Below are positions 48,254 to 62,041 of a DNA stretch of 64,000 nt, in pieces. The position numbers were made by a program, and so were the translations under genes. How positions within the stretch are numbered: position 1 is the stretch's first letter; every line of letters begins with the position of its first letter. Source of the DNA: Vitrella brassicaformis CCMP3155. Its lineage: Eukaryota > Protista > Chromerida. The notes beneath the pieces are model-generated. The model was given only the letters and a program-made list of their open reading frames with translations. It was not told where the DNA came from and did no database searches. The stretch spans positions 248,001 through 312,000 of the forward strand of contig CDMY01000581.1 of assembly GCA_001179505.1 (NCBI GenBank), in the 5' to 3' direction.

Positions 48254-50766
48254 CTACATGCCCTCTTTCTGGTGCGTAGACCCGCACCGCTCCGTAGTAT
48301 GGATATTCGCCGCCCCCGACCACGTGCACTCATCCCCCTCGGTCAAGCCCTCCATTGCCGCCCCCTTCAGCGACTTCCGTCTGGCCATCAGGTTCTCCAG
48401 GCTGGTGGACGGCCGTGTCGACAGTGTCGACATCCTGCTGGCCTTGGCTCGGCCGCTGGCGACCTTGCTGTATGTGGTAGTAGTGGCGTCCTCTGTGTCT
48501 GGGGGGAAGGCGGAGAAGTCCTCACCTTGGATGCAGAGGGGATGTGGCTGTGGGTGTGGGGCGTCCTGCAGCCCCCCGCTGCCCTGGCTGTGAAGGCGGT
48601 CGACTTTGCTGGCCTTGCTGAATTTGCTGGTGCTGCGGGGGAGTCGCTTCAGCTCCATTTGGAAGTCTTCCATGCTGATGACTGCTCACAGGTAGCCAGC
48701 ACACAAAGAGAGGCAGACATGGGCGAGGTGTGAGTAGGTCATGGTCCCTCTCTTTCTTACCTACCTACCTGAGTTGGAGGTACCCGGCGTCGGGTCTCCC
48801 ACATCTGACAGGTCATTGTCTCCCTCTTCTTCTCCTTCTCCCTCGCTGAGGGGGCTTCTTTGGCTCAGGGGACTCTTGATCTCTCCCACATCTGGGGTGC
48901 CACGAGATGAACGATTTCGCTGACGAGCCTGAAATACATACATAGAGACACAACTCGTACAGCGGCAGGTGGGAACAATCGAGGACAGCTGGAAATGTGC
49001 TGCCCAGATGCTCACCTTTCTCTGTCCCAAGGGACGGGCCGCCACCTCACGCAAGAGAAGCTTCCGGAACTGTACGTAGACGACCACAACCAGTTGACCA
49101 CAATACATACATAATTGTCTTCCCTCACTCCTTTTTGGCCACCCGTTTCCGTACGTGGTAGACGGGATCGTTCCAATTCGGCAGCGAGATGGACCGCCGC
49201 AGCGCTGAGGAGCCGCCGCTATTGTCTGTCGACTGGTCAAACGGTGGCAGCCGCGATGAGCTGGAGTTGTCCATGTCTCGCACGACCGACAGCGATATCT
49301 CTGTGCCATTAAACGAGGCTCCCGCGTTCTTGCGCGACTGCGAGATGTTGAGCAACTTCTGCGCCACCTTGCTCATCGGCTGGGTCTTGTGTCCTTCACC
49401 GGCCTCCTCTTCATCTTCTAGCTCAATCTCGGTGTCCGATTCAGATATAGTTCGCGCAATTTTCCATCTCTCGGTATACCTCCGCAGCAGGCTGCTGATG
49501 ATCGCCGTCTGCGCCTTCGAGAATGCGTGCGTTCGGCGGTCTTCATAGCCCTTAAACAGAGACGCGGTCGAGACGGAAACGTAGAAGTTGTCTTCGTTCA
49601 TCATGACAGTCCTCTGGATGGGATCGCGCCTGTCGCTCATAGGGGTGCTTTGCGCCGACCCGACGCTCCCGCGGCCGGCCCTTGCTCTGGCATTCCCGTC
49701 ATGAGCGTCGCTGTCATCGCGCTCGGGTGTTTGGGAGCTGAGGGGGAGAGGGGGGAGGGGAACAGGATGTGGGGGATTGTGGAGGACGAGACCGATGATC
49801 TGACGGAGATGGAAGAAATGGCCATCTGACATTTGGACAGCGAGACATGAATCCGATACATGTGGTGCTGTCTGTGTCGATTGCTTTGTACACGCATTGT
49901 AATATTACATGGCATTTTGGCTTTGCCCGAGGCGAGTCTGTCCACTTCGTGGAAGCAGTCGCCGGGCCGCGTCAGGGCGAAGATGAGCAGCTTGCTCTGA
50001 TAAACGCACACGTTGTCTCTTGTGGATGGCACGAGTTCTCTTTGTGACGTACAAGAAAGATTAGGAAAGGCTTCCTGCCCATGAAGGTGAAGATCGGGGC
50101 GTCGCTGTCGGTGGACTGGAAGAACTTGAGGAAGGACGGGTATTCCTCACGAACTCGCCGCTCGATCTCGTGCAGGGCCGCTGTGTACGCCTCCCGGTCG
50201 TACGACAGCCTGCATCATACACATGACAACAATCGTGCTCACATTCGCACCGACTGCACGAATGACGTGAACCTTAGTCACCTTAAAAACTTGGCGACGA
50301 CGTCCTCCACCTGTCTGCCACCATTGTCTCCGATTGTCAGCCCCAAGAGGGTGTTCCGCAGTCGCCGTCTCTCTTCCTCTTTGTTCTCCCAGCCCACGAT
50401 CGCCCCCTCGACCTCGGGGTCGAGCAGTACCTCCCCAGTCCGCCTGCCCAGCCGGCTTGTAGAGGTTTCGAGGCCGCCCAAAGGCATGCTCTCCGTCTGG
50501 GGTATGTATGGATTCAGCACGAGTTCGCACGTAGGGTCGTCGAGCAGCGCGACATCAGCGTCGCGGGCCCACTCGAATGACGGCAGCTGCTGGCTGGTGG
50601 AATTATCCTCTTCAGCGGCTGCCACTTCTGCTTGTGGGGACTCCATGATGATGTCCATGACGTGTCGCGGCCGTGAGAGGTGAGGCGGGAGCCTCCTGCT
50701 GCCTCCTGGGCTGGCCTTCCTCAGTGACCTGAGGCTGGTCTTGGGGCTTGAAAACCTTTGAGCCAT
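48254..50766 (-). CDS. Spliced hypothetical protein, Ser-rich, possibly with a degenerate cyclic-nucleotide-binding-like segment
   Basis: Long open exons 50278-50820, 49125-49832 and 48254-48673 joined by GT-AG introns. LIFALTRPGDCFHE only weakly recalls a CNB GDxFGE motif. Confidence 0.5.
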
Positions 50767-50952
50767 CGCCTCCTGTTGCGGCTGGGACGCTAGGAGCGCC
50801 GAATTGAAAGAGCTCCACAACTTTTGCCCAGGGAGAAGGAACTGCTGGGCTCAAGGAAGCCAATTTTCCTTAGAGCTCGCAATTTTTGGGGACACACAGG
50901 GGCCACAAAGTCTTCCCTTTTGCCCCCTTCGAATTAACTCGCTGCCAAAAGG

Positions 50953-52970
50953 ATGCCTGCCAGCCGTGGGCGTTTGCGGCGCCTCCAGGAGGTGAATCAG
51001 AGCGTGATCACGATCTTATTGATGGCGACCTTGAGCGCGGGAGAAAGGCGGGGCTCCCATGAGGTCGTAGAGGAGAGGAGGCTACAAAATGACTCCACAC
51101 CCAAACCGCCTCCGCCTCCGCCTTTTTCCCCCCCTCCATTCACACCGCGTCCGCCGTCCCTCCCTCCATTCGGTAAAGACAGCGATGTCTGGGGCCATTT
51201 GGAAGCGCGAAGGCCCTGTTTTGCGTTTCTGTGTGTTGCTATGCAGTGCATGAAAAGCTTCCAGACTACGTCAACGGTAAACAAACGGTCAGAATCCCGT
51301 TGTTCGCATACGGAAGATTATCGTCTTTGCTGCTTTCCTGATGCTGTGTTTGTGCAGCGACTCAGTTGCCTGGCGATAGTTTAGGGGTGGAGTTCGTTAC
51401 CATCCCGTTCCACACAGACGAGAGCCTGTGGACAGCATGGCAGGCAAGCCACCAGGAAGACAGACAAACACACATACACGGAGGCCAGGATGAGTTGCAT
51501 GTGTACATGTGTATGCATGCCTTTGTGTCCATCATTCGTTCGTTCAGGGCGACATAGGCACGTGGCAGCGCTTCATGCTCAAGGTGTCTTCCATCCCCGA
51601 GCTGACGTCCAAATGGGTTTTAGTGGAAATGTACTACGTCATCGACCCCTCATCCGATGTCTCCCTCTTTCCCCCCGCCTCACTCCAGCCCCCGGTCGTC
51701 GCCAGCTCTGCCCTTGCCACGAGCACCTTCCACGACCCTTTGCTGGTGCTCAAGAGTGGGGGGCCGCCTGCTTTTCTCGAGCCTGGGCAGAGCTCGTTGA
51801 GCTCAGAGAAAACTACTGTCAACAAGCGGGAGATCAACGCGAGGTCGGACAATGTTGACCTGCACGCTTATGTGCTGTGGAAGCCGTACCATTATGTGAC
51901 ACTGACGCCCAACGACCTGGCGTCTGCAGATTCGCTGCACACCTGGTACCAAAGGAAGGAATGTACCACATGAGTAGGTCCGCCCATGCCGTTCCTGTCT
52001 CTGTGCGCGCCAACATGCCTTTACAGGCATGTTGCTATCTTTGATTTTGCCCGTTTGGATCGCTCGAACAAGCTCAACTACTTCTTGAGAGTTCGCTACT
52101 TTGGTACGGAGGACAGCAGCTGCCAGCCGCTTCTTTCCGTCGATCCATGTCGGTCTGTCTGTCTGTATGTCTGCACATTGTCAACAGACGAGGCGCCCTG
52201 TCCGCGTCAGTGTCTGGGGAGGGGAAACTGTCGCGGCGGAAGATGTCAGTGCGCCAGGGGGTACGGAGATGAAGACTGCAGCTCAGGTAAGTCAGGACAT
52301 ACAAGCACACGCGAGACGCACGTGTGCATGCATATGCAATTTGCGCCGTTGTGCAACGTTATATGGCTCTGTTTGTATGTATGTGACGCCAGAGGTGGGA
52401 GTGCTGCAGAATGGCAAGGATGTGTCCGGTCAGATCGACCCGGGGGTTGTGCACTACTACTACATCGACGCCAAACCAGGTCATGGTCATCTGTTTGTCT
52501 GCGGCATGTGGTTACATCATGCCCGTGTATATGTGTGCAGGCGAGAATCGTATGCTGATCATTGACTTCCAGAATCAGGGCGGCGACCCCTACCTGGTCA
52601 TCAAGGGCAGCCAAACCAAGTCAGGCATGACACGTTTACACATAAGAAGTGAATGTGATGCACTGCTGTCTGTGTGTGGCTCTCCGTCACTCATTGTTTG
52701 ACAGCAACTATAAGCTGCCGACACGACTGGTACCCGCAGACAAAGACACACTGAGAGACACACACACACGCAGGGAGAGAGAGGAAGAGATGTGTGTGTC
52801 TGTTTTGTGTGCACACAGGATCACAACTTCGACACGTACAATCTGAACAAGGAGAGGCAGCGGCACCAAAAGCTGCAGTTCCTCATCTCGGGATACACAT
52901 TCGACAGATGGTTCATCGGTACCGCCGGCCCTTCCGCACACGTCTTTTTAGCTCTGCATCCGTGTAAGTG

Positions 52971-53004
<34 letters not shown>

Positions 53005-55045
53005 AGCAGCTGTGAACAACCGGTGGCCGGTTGAGTATGATCCTGAGACGCGTTACGTGCTGACAGTGTCGGTGCAGGACAACCCCGCCGACCAAACACA
53101 GCTCATATACATATACATCGCCCTCACTATGGGAGTGGTAAGACCATGGCAAGCAAAACACGCACGCTCACATCAATCACCCAGATTTGTTGTGTCTCCC
53201 TGCATGTGTGTGTGCGTGTCTCCCTGTGTGTGTATCAGGTGTTTTTGTTGATGTGGCTGCTCTTCTGCGTGTACAAGGTGGTGAGGATGGGGCGGACCAG
53301 CCCCACATCTGCACTCACATCTGCACTCCAAGCAGTAAGGGTAACCAACCATCCCCCCCCGCCTCCACCCCCGGGCACACACGAGGTTTCTTTCTCCCTC
53401 CCTCCCTCCCTCGCTATCAGTTTGCGGTTGGTGCCGGTGGTGTGGGTGACGGGTCGCCACGGAACGTCAGGAGGGTCCTCGACATCGACACACGATTCCC
53501 CGCTCAAACCTTCGGAAATGCAAAGGTTCACATGTCTTGAGACAGACCCTCACACGCCCCTCCGTCCCTCTCCTTTCTCCGCAGAAGCACGTCAAGGGTC
53601 TGGAGATGCAGCGCACCTCATCCTCCATCCTATCCACCAGCGGCGTGGTCTTCCCCATTGCCGATGAGCGAGCCGTGACCCTGCCAGCCATCGCCACCCC
53701 CATGATGGTCGGCAAGGGACAGAAATTCCCAAACAGCCCCTACATGCCGCCAACCCACTCCGTGACCACCCCCGCGCCCACGCCGCTCGCACTAGCACGG
53801 GACACAGAGATGGAGACCGTCAGCGGGGGCCCGGTGCCAGTCGCCACGGGAGTCGCTCTCGGCCTCATCAGGTGAATTGGGCCATGGGTGGGAGCGCGGA
53901 ATCGCATACCCATGTGTGTACGTGTGTGGATGGATGGATGCAGGGGCGACTCAGATGAGATTGCGTCTCACCGTAAGCAGAGTGAGGCTGACAGCCGGCC
54001 GCCAGGGGCTGAGATGGACGGCCATGGCGTGCGTGATAACGTCAGCCCGCCCGGCACCCTGCAGGAGGAACCCGTGGAAGCCAAAGAGGGAGAGGGAGAG
54101 GGAGAGGGAGAGGGAGGGGCTACCAGTAGAGCAAAGACGGAGCCGCCTGTGGATGATTTCTGGTACATAATGCCTAGAGGGAGCACTCTATGCTCATCGC
54201 ACGCTCTTTATGTCATGCAGCTGTTCTGTGTGTCTTGTGGAGTTTGAAGAGGATGATGAGGTGACTTAATGAAGGGGTGAATGAATGCAGACCAGACATG
54301 TTTGTATGGATGCAGGCTTGTGGGATGGATGTGTGCTGTCCACTCGTGCAGGTCCGTGTGCTGGACTGCAAACACGTCTTTCACAAGGTGGGTCACACGG
54401 CCACGTGTGAGTTGTAAGGTACTAGGATGGTTCACTGCACTGTGTCTCCGTTTGTCCCGTCCACCCACACAGCTGTGCATCGATGAATGGTTCAAAGCAC
54501 ATACAGTAAGCTCACTTCACACCCAGAACACCACTCCCGACGACAGCATACCCATTCTCCGCTTCGTCTCCTCCCAGGTGTGCCCTTTGTGCCGAGCTGA
54601 GTACGGCGAGCTGGTGCCGATGGAGCTGCCCGGCGACCAGCCGCCCCCGCCACCCGTCCCATTCCTTCGCACTCCCAGTGGCTCCCCGCAGAACCAAGAC
54701 GATCATGGGCCCCAGCAGCCCGAACAAGAGGGAGACACGGCCAATGCAGGAGCGACGCCTGAGGCCACGGCCATGAACGGCGGACCACCGGCAGTGGAAA
54801 CCCCTGCGCCGCCGTCCCCTGACCTGCTGACGAGCACTATCCTGCCCGTGGATATGATCAACGGGGATGTGGATGGGTCGCCGTCATCTGGGGTTGATGT
54901 GGAGGCCAGGATAGTGCCTATAACAGTCGAGGAGGAGGAGCAGACCGCCGTTGTGGTGGTCAGTCCGGACGATGGGGTGGGCCGTGGGGAGGGGGAGGGG
55001 GAGGGGGATAGGGGAGGGCACGCTCAGAGAGGGGAACGTGAGTGA
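50953..55045 (+). CDS. Type I membrane RING-H2 E3 ubiquitin ligase with luminal EGF-like domain
   Basis: Signal-peptide-like N-terminus; EGF-like CPRQCLGRGNCRGGRCQCARGYGDEDCS (52197-52285); TM LIYIYIALTMGV|VFLLMWLLFCVYKVV; spliced RING-H2 CSVCLVEFEEDDE|VRVLDCKHVFHK|LCIDEWFKAHT|VCPLCR; stop 55043-55045. Confidence 0.85.
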
Positions 55046-55424
55046 CCGACATCCATCCATCCATGCATCCATCGGTGTGTGTGCACGGGTGCACGCATGC
55101 CTTGGGTTTTTTCGCCATTTGTTGCTCTGCTTCGACGAGCCAGCGCCATGTTGGATGCCTGGCTGATGGATGCACGTCTCTTTCTGTGGTCGTTGCTCTC
55201 TTTGTTGTCTCGCTAATGCAGCCAGCCAGCCGGTCGTCGCCGTCTCTGGCGGCCTTGTTGCGTTTTGTCTGCACATGATTAAAACGACGTGTCTGCATCG
55301 CATTCATTCATTCATCGTCAGTGAAATGAAGTCGGTCGGTCGGTCTGTCTGTCTGTCTGCTTGTACAACAGCCGTCCGTCCGTCCACCCGTCCATCCGTG
55401 CAGTGCATCCATGAGATGTATGTG

Positions 55425-56975
55425 CTACTCATCAATCCTCACGAAGGCAAGGTCGTGGTTGTGGCACGGATACATCTCATAGGAAGCGTGTGACACATGC
55501 AATGCTGTCACGCACTCGCCATCCCTCTCCCCAGCCCCATCCCTCTGCTGCCCTTCATCTCCTTTCACAGCGGGAATGTTGCAGAAGGACGACACCTGCA
55601 CAGCACGCACCACCGACACGCCGACATAGGTGAATCTGCGTGTGTATCTCTTCTGTCCATATGTATCTCGTCTTACCATGACAAGGCCTTCAGGGCAAGA
55701 ATCCTCATCACCGCTGGCGGCAGGGCAGTCTCGCCTCTGCTGGCTCTCTATGCTGTCGATAGCGTACTCAGGTACCCGCACCCTGACAGGCTGCAGACTC
55801 CTGTCTTCTTCGCGCGCCGCTCCACACTCTGCCTCTCCCCCACTCACTGCACTATCGTCGCCGGCGGCCATCCTGTCCACCTGCAGAGGCTGGTCCTCCC
55901 ACCAGTTGACCAGAAACGTCACACGCGGATGGCCGTCAGGTAGCTGCCCCTCCAACACGCCATGCACACCCGTCCCAATAAAGGTTAGGTAGCGATTCAG
56001 TGCTGGCCACACGATGAGCGACTCCGCTGGCGAGGGGGGAGAGGGGGTGAGGGTCAGAGCGTCGATGCACTGTGCCGTGACGACGGTGGGCCCTGCGGGG
56101 TGTGCGGCATCGAAAGGGGTCAAGTAGAGGATGGAGGATACAAGGGGCGTCTTGAGCTCGTGCGATTCTTTCAGAAGCGTTTCGTCCTTGTCAACATGGA
56201 AAGCCATCCCTTCGTTGCCCCGCACTTGACACCTGCGAACATACACGCCGACACCACACACCCACACAGAAAGAAAAGTGTGAGTGTCAAGTGAAGTGTG
56301 AGTTAGTGTGTGCGCACCAGTACTCTGCGCCCTTGATGTAGAGCGGCAGAAGTGGTGAGAAGGAGCTCTTGATGACTGTATCAAACAGGTGCTTGATCAC
56401 AACCTCGAAGATGCATCGAGGCTCTTCTTTGGATGTCAGCACCGAATGGGGCACCTGCACAAAGCGCAGAACATCCACCTAAGTGTGTGAGGAGTGTCCG
56501 TCAATGCCGCGCACCCAGTAGTTTGGCTGATCGGCCAGTGCAGGTGCGTGCTTCCGCAGTGACTCGAGCAGCGATGGGGGAAGAGTCTGGTCGTAGAGCC
56601 GCGTGAACCGCTTGGGATCTGCAGACAGAAACGACAAGCAGAGATTTGTGTTTCGACAATGCAGCAAGGGTAACCATCCGACGACATCGGCGGATCTGTT
56701 TCTCGTGGTTCCTCATCGCTTCTGTTGCTCTCCTCATGCTGCATCTGTCCCGGCTCTATAGCTATCTCTGGAGCAGATCTCCAAGGACTTGAGACTGGGG
56801 GTCGCCCAGTGGGCAGGCTCGCATGCAGAACCTTTCTCCGTTGCTTCTCTTTTGATCCCTTTCTCTTCCTGTCCTTCTGGTCGTCCTCCTCTTTGCCCCC
56901 TCGCACAAGGTCGTGAATGCGTGATGAGTCTGGAACTTTCTGAGGCGTTCTCGAAGAAGCTGAGAGAGAAGACAT
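55425..56975 (-). CDS. 2OG-Fe(II) oxygenase superfamily protein (prolyl-4-hydroxylase-like fold); start uncertain (56975 or 56687)
   Basis: GAEYW|CQVR…AFHVDKDE…PLVSSILYL…GPT…PALNRYLTFIGTGVHGVL…RVTFLVNWW contains HxD, distal His and the 2OG-binding Arg. Confidence 0.7.
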
Positions 56976-57061
56976 CGTGGCGGCTGGATGACGTTGCTGA
57001 CACGGTTGGGTGCGTGGAGAGGTGCTTTTACACAATCACACAGATTGACAAGCGATGGCGC

Positions 57062-59960
57062 ATGGCAAGGTACACAATGAGAGCCGGCACGTGTGTTTGC
57101 CTGATTGATCGACTGCTTGTTGCTCGACCAGGCAGAAGCACTACGAGACATACATCAGCAAGAAGCTCACTGCAGAAGCGAGTGATCCTGCCAGCACCGC
57201 ACGGAGGCGGATATTCAAGAAGCGCGGCGTCGCCATGGAGGGCGTCCCGGAGATGCCGACCGGTCGCCCAATCAGCCGCCTCACCAGGTGGAAACAAGTC
57301 GGCAGAGGACACAGGTATGCATGCGGCTGCAAGTAAATGGAAGCACCTCTTCGATGGATGGATGCCCCTTGTGTTGTCTGCCTTGGCTGCATGTGTTTGA
57401 TTTACTTCATTCGAACAGGCGGCAGCAAGACGCTCTTGACGACTTCGCGAGTGCAGCGGGCAGCCAGACTAGCTCAGTCATCGCCCCTCGTCGCCCAGAG
57501 ACACGCACGATAGAAGAGATCCTGAGCGCTCAGCAGCAGGAGGAGGGAGACACGGAAGAGGAGGAGAAAAACCATGAGGCTGAGCCGACGATTCCGGGGA
57601 CTCCACGATCTGCATCGACCGGCGCAGAGGTGTGGTGAAAGCAAATGAGTGAAATCGCCCGCTGTGTATGCCTGTGCGTGTATTGCGTGTTTATGGATGC
57701 AGTTGGTTTCTCGACGACGGAGGGGCGTGCCGTCATCCGCTGCGTCCACGGCAAGCGAGGGGAGACCAGCCGCTGCGGCACCTGGTGACGCACCTGGTGA
57801 GGACACGACCCATGCTCCTGCAGGTGGGCGGGGATGTGAGCAGGAATCATACCTGCATTCCCTTACTGGTTGTTGTCAGACACGATCAAGATTCAGCTCG
57901 CTGAGCCCAGCGGTGCCCCTCGCCCCATGACCCCTCCCCGTGCTGGTGAAGAACACATAGCCCCCCAGAGAAGGCAGTCCAAAGAACGAACGTCGTTAGA
58001 GGTGATGCGCGTCTGGATGGTGAGGATACACATGTGGCGACTGATGTCCTCTGACTGACTGTACTGTCGTGTCTCACTTGTGTCGTCTCAGCCTCCTGCA
58101 GACGTGAAGGTGACCGATGGCTCCCAGGGCTTCGTGCAGGCCGTCAGCGATCATTGGCTGAGATACCCAGAGGCTGAAATTCCCCCTCAGGCGGCTTCAA
58201 GAGTCCCACGTCTGTCTCTGCCCCCCTACGCTCACGAGCAGGAGTCCGAGGCTCTAGGCGGTCTTCCTCTCTCGGCTCGGCTGCAGTGGCAGACGGCGAG
58301 GGCACTGCAAAAACTGCATGATACATGCGTGCCCCGAACGAGGCGAGGGGGGACGAGCGAAGACAGGGAATGAGGGACACATGCAGTACTTTGTGTCATG
58401 AATTCATTCTCTTGCTTGCTGCAGGGAGCGGGGTGAGATGTCTGGGGTGAGTACGGGTCCCTCGACCCATCGCAGGCCGCCGTCACAGCCGCGCACGGAG
58501 AGAGAGATCCGCGAGACCGCTAGAAGGGTTGGTCAGCAACGAAACCTGACCCATCAGATCACATATGGAGTCGTCGTCGACCAACTGGCGCCGGGAGCCC
58601 CCAAAGATAGCATCTTCACACCGCGGATGATCAGCTCGGAGCAGAAGCGCCTGCTCATCGAGAAGGCCACGCGCCAAGAGTTCCATTCCAAGGTCAGGCT
58701 AGGGCACTCGATGACTTACATCACAAGGTGAACAAATTGCGTTCTTATGTGACAGATCTGCATCGACTCTGACCCAGCCCCCACCATGCAGGACAAAAGC
58801 GTCAAGTCCCTGCTCGATAGAATCAAAAAGTCAGAGGAAATCAATGTTGCCATTCAAATGCTTCATGTCTCGTACATGCAGGCATTATAAGGGCGTGCAC
58901 GCGAAAGACCCGATTCGCGCGTGGCGAGACAAACCTCTGAAGCTGGCAGGTCGGCTACAGAAACAAAGCCTCCTGGATATGCAAGACGTTGGGTCAGTAG
59001 AACTCTCTCCTGTTTCCAGAGTGGGCTGTGTTCTCGCGTGCGATCCCGGTGCTGCCACAGCCCCCGAGCTCACCCAGAGCCAAGAAGAAGAAAAGGAAAC
59101 GGGTGAGTCTTCGGCTGACATTCATCCAGAACACACGTGTGCTGTCTGTCAATCCATCTGCAGAGAAAGAGGCGGGATCAGCTCAAGGTTGAGGCGTTCG
59201 ACAGCGACAGCCGGCGAAAAGCAGCTGCCAGACGGCGAGAGCAGCAGCCTGCTCCTCGGGCCTGTTCATTTCTCCCACCGATCATTGCTTCCCCGACGGT
59301 CATGGGCAGCAGTGACAGCAGCCCCATGAACACCACGCACGTGTCGCTGGAAGCACCTGAGCCCACGTCGCCAGCCAGGCTGAGGGGGAGCCCCGGCCGT
59401 CATGGCGACCAGAGGGCCTTCTCCCTGCCGAATCCACATGCATCCCCCTATGCGGGGCTGATGACCAGCGCCTCAAGCCCGAAAGCGAGATCTGGGCATC
59501 GCCCGGTGACAGAGGAAACGAAGGCTTGCTACACGTGGCTTGTATTGCCATATGTGCTGTCTCGTCTGTATGTGCGTGTTGGGGGCTTGTAGTCACAAGC
59601 GTCGAGCAGGGGCAGCAGAGACAGCCCGCCGGAGCTCCGACGCACCTTCGCTCGCTCCAAGACAACAATGCCAGAGAGCACGCAGCCGAGATCTCTGGAT
59701 CGGCATGAGCGGCCCTCCACTTCAGTGTCCGGAAGCAGCCGCAGAAGTTCGCCACGACGGTCACCGCTGATCGACCCCTCACCCACAGAGGTAGCCTGTC
59801 ATGCAGAGAGGGACCACTCGTGTTTTCAAGACACTCCGCTTCCTGTTCTGTCAGCTTGATCATGCATGTGAGACTGATCATTCGCGGGAGGACCACCGCC
59901 GGTCCTTCAGCAGACGAGGGAAGCTCGACGACTTCATCAGACGATGCAGTCAACAGCATG
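57062..59960 (+). CDS. Spliced hypothetical, largely disordered protein; 3' end uncertain
   Basis: Phase-consistent start MAR|QKHYETYISKK…LTR|RQQDALDDF…, then successive GT-AG-bounded exons; no domain recognised. Confidence 0.4.
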
Positions 59961-60077
59961 AGCCCTCATGACAAGACAGCACCCATCTATTTGTCATTCC
60001 TCAGTCCTTAGTCCCAGACAAACACGAGACACATCAATGGCCTATTTGTCGAAACACCTGTCGGTCTGTACATACAG

Positions 60078-61817
60078 TCAGTACCGCCATGGATAGTTCA
60101 CCTTGGCCGCCATCCTGCGCAGCTTGGGCAGCAGATCACCACTGCGTAACAAGGCCTCCGAATCATGGAGAGCAAATAGTTGATACGGAGGAGCAAAAGC
60201 CCGGTTGCCTATGCTTGTGTCATCCCTCATGATGCTAGAGGACATGTCCATCTGCAGGAGTTGGCCGCAGGCAGGGCAGATGTCACCACGATAGCGATGA
60301 AGCTGGTCCGTTTGGAAGGGGAAAACCTCTCGCGGGTGTCGCCTTGCGATCGACATTCCGATGTCAATTGTACGGCGCATCTCATCCACAAAAGTCTGTT
60401 GAAGTGCCTGCATGAGACATGTTTGCCAGATGAATCGGCGTGTCTGTTTGGCTTTGGGGGGATGGCGTACCTTCACGCGAACATAGGCCGGGTTGAGACT
60501 GTGGAGATCGGCACCTTGCTGATATCTTTCTCTTCCCTACGCCCAGCCAGGAGACATGAAATAAGATACTCTTCCAGCATGCCTCGGCCCCAAGGTGTTG
60601 TTTGATACCCGCAGCAAGAAGTATTTGAGAGCGTCGGGAGGAGCGGGAGGGGCGTCAGACCCTCCCGCCCCTGCCGACGCCTCCAACTCTCTCCGAAATG
60701 GATGGTCTAGGCCTTCGTGCAGCAGCGAATGCCAGAAGGCTGGTGCACTCATCTTCCGCGGCACAAGCTCATCGTAGCGTCGCTTGATCGTAGGCCACTC
60801 TGCCAGGACTGTCGTCATCTCAGAAGCAGCAGGAGCCTCTTTCTGACGGGGAGGCACTGAACTTGATCGCTGGGCTTCGCGCATTTCTTCCCGTATTTGC
60901 CAGCTACTTGTCTCCTCCCACTGACGTGTCTCCTCTTCATCAGCCTCCTCTTCCGTGTTGGCTTCATTGTCAAAGTCCCCAGGCTGTGCATAGTCCTCCT
61001 CATCACTCAGGTACAGGGATAGCCGCGTCACCCCATCATGGCCTGTCTCTTGCACAAGACTCCCCCTCTTGCCGAGCTCAGATGTCGGGAAGCAGACGGG
61101 CTCGGCGTCCATGCCATCATCTTCGTCAATTGGGGCCCACAGCGATGTCCGATGCTCAGCACTCGTGAACAAAACACCCTCTCTCCCGAAGCTGCAGACG
61201 ACAGGTCAACATGAATTCCCCACCTCTCCCGTGAGCAGTGCCCTCCATGAATTCCCTCTCACCGGCTGCAGACGACAGCGTCGTCGAAGCTGCTCACATC
61301 GGTGGAAGCCACTGAGACGCGGTGCACGGCCGATGCGTCGATGACAGAGAGCCGGCTCTGTCTGCCGGCAGGTCTGATTGACAGCCTGTACTGGTCCATC
61401 AAGGCGGCAGCGTTTGTCCAATCCCTTTCCGATGCGAAGAGAAAGGCAACGCACTCCAAGCCAGCTGCGGAAGATGGGGGCTTGAGGGATACGATCAGGA
61501 ACAGCTGGGAATGCTTGATCCTCATCTTGGTAGCGGACTCCACCTGAGGATCAAGCAAGATGAGACAGAACGGTAGCGGCTGTAGTCGTACCACCTGTGC
61601 TGTTCAGCTGAGGTTGTACCTCTGTATGGCGAAAGGAAATGACGGTCTTCTTGTCTGCGGACAGCGTCCATTCAACTTGGTCATCGGTAATGGCCAGAAT
61701 GCCGTCTGCACCCTGGTGTCGACAGGGGAAAGACCTTTCCGCAAGACGTCGCTTTGCGTCGGCATCCCCGTTCGCTCTGCTTTGTGCTCTCCGGGTGTCC
61801 TTCTTCTGGGGCTTCAT
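60078..61817 (-). CDS. TFIIH p62 (Tfb1/GTF2H1)-like PH + BSD domain protein; 3' end approximate
   Basis: N-terminal RHQGADGILAITDDQVEWT resembles the recalled p62 PH strand (KKQDGALYLMAERIAW). VLAEWPTIKRRYDELVPRKMSAPAFW resembles the BSD motif (L..lYkdLV…isaeEFW). Confidence 0.55.
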
Positions 61818-62041
61818 ACAGCTGCAGCCTATCACCGCGATAGAAGCAGTCCCCACGCTTGAGTCGACCTGTGTTGATCTAGACCATACCCACCGTATGG
61901 TCTAAGCAGAGCACAAGACAACCAACTACAGCCTGTTCAGAAGCAGTCAGAGAGTCTGAGACGGGCCCACAGCCCCCCAAAAAAGCTCGCCGCCAGTCTC
62001 TGAGTTCGACAACGTACCTGGTAGACGGCTCACCAAAGCCC

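Noticed and set aside
29861-56975. Two 2OG-Fe(II) dioxygenases as a biosynthetic cluster
   Set aside because: Different families, 23 kb apart, separated by unrelated genes; no scaffold-forming enzyme.
60180-60605. 141-aa plus-strand ORF that looks protein-like
   Set aside because: It lies antisense to the p62-like gene, whose minus-strand GT-AG exons explain the region; no motif or splice support on the plus strand.
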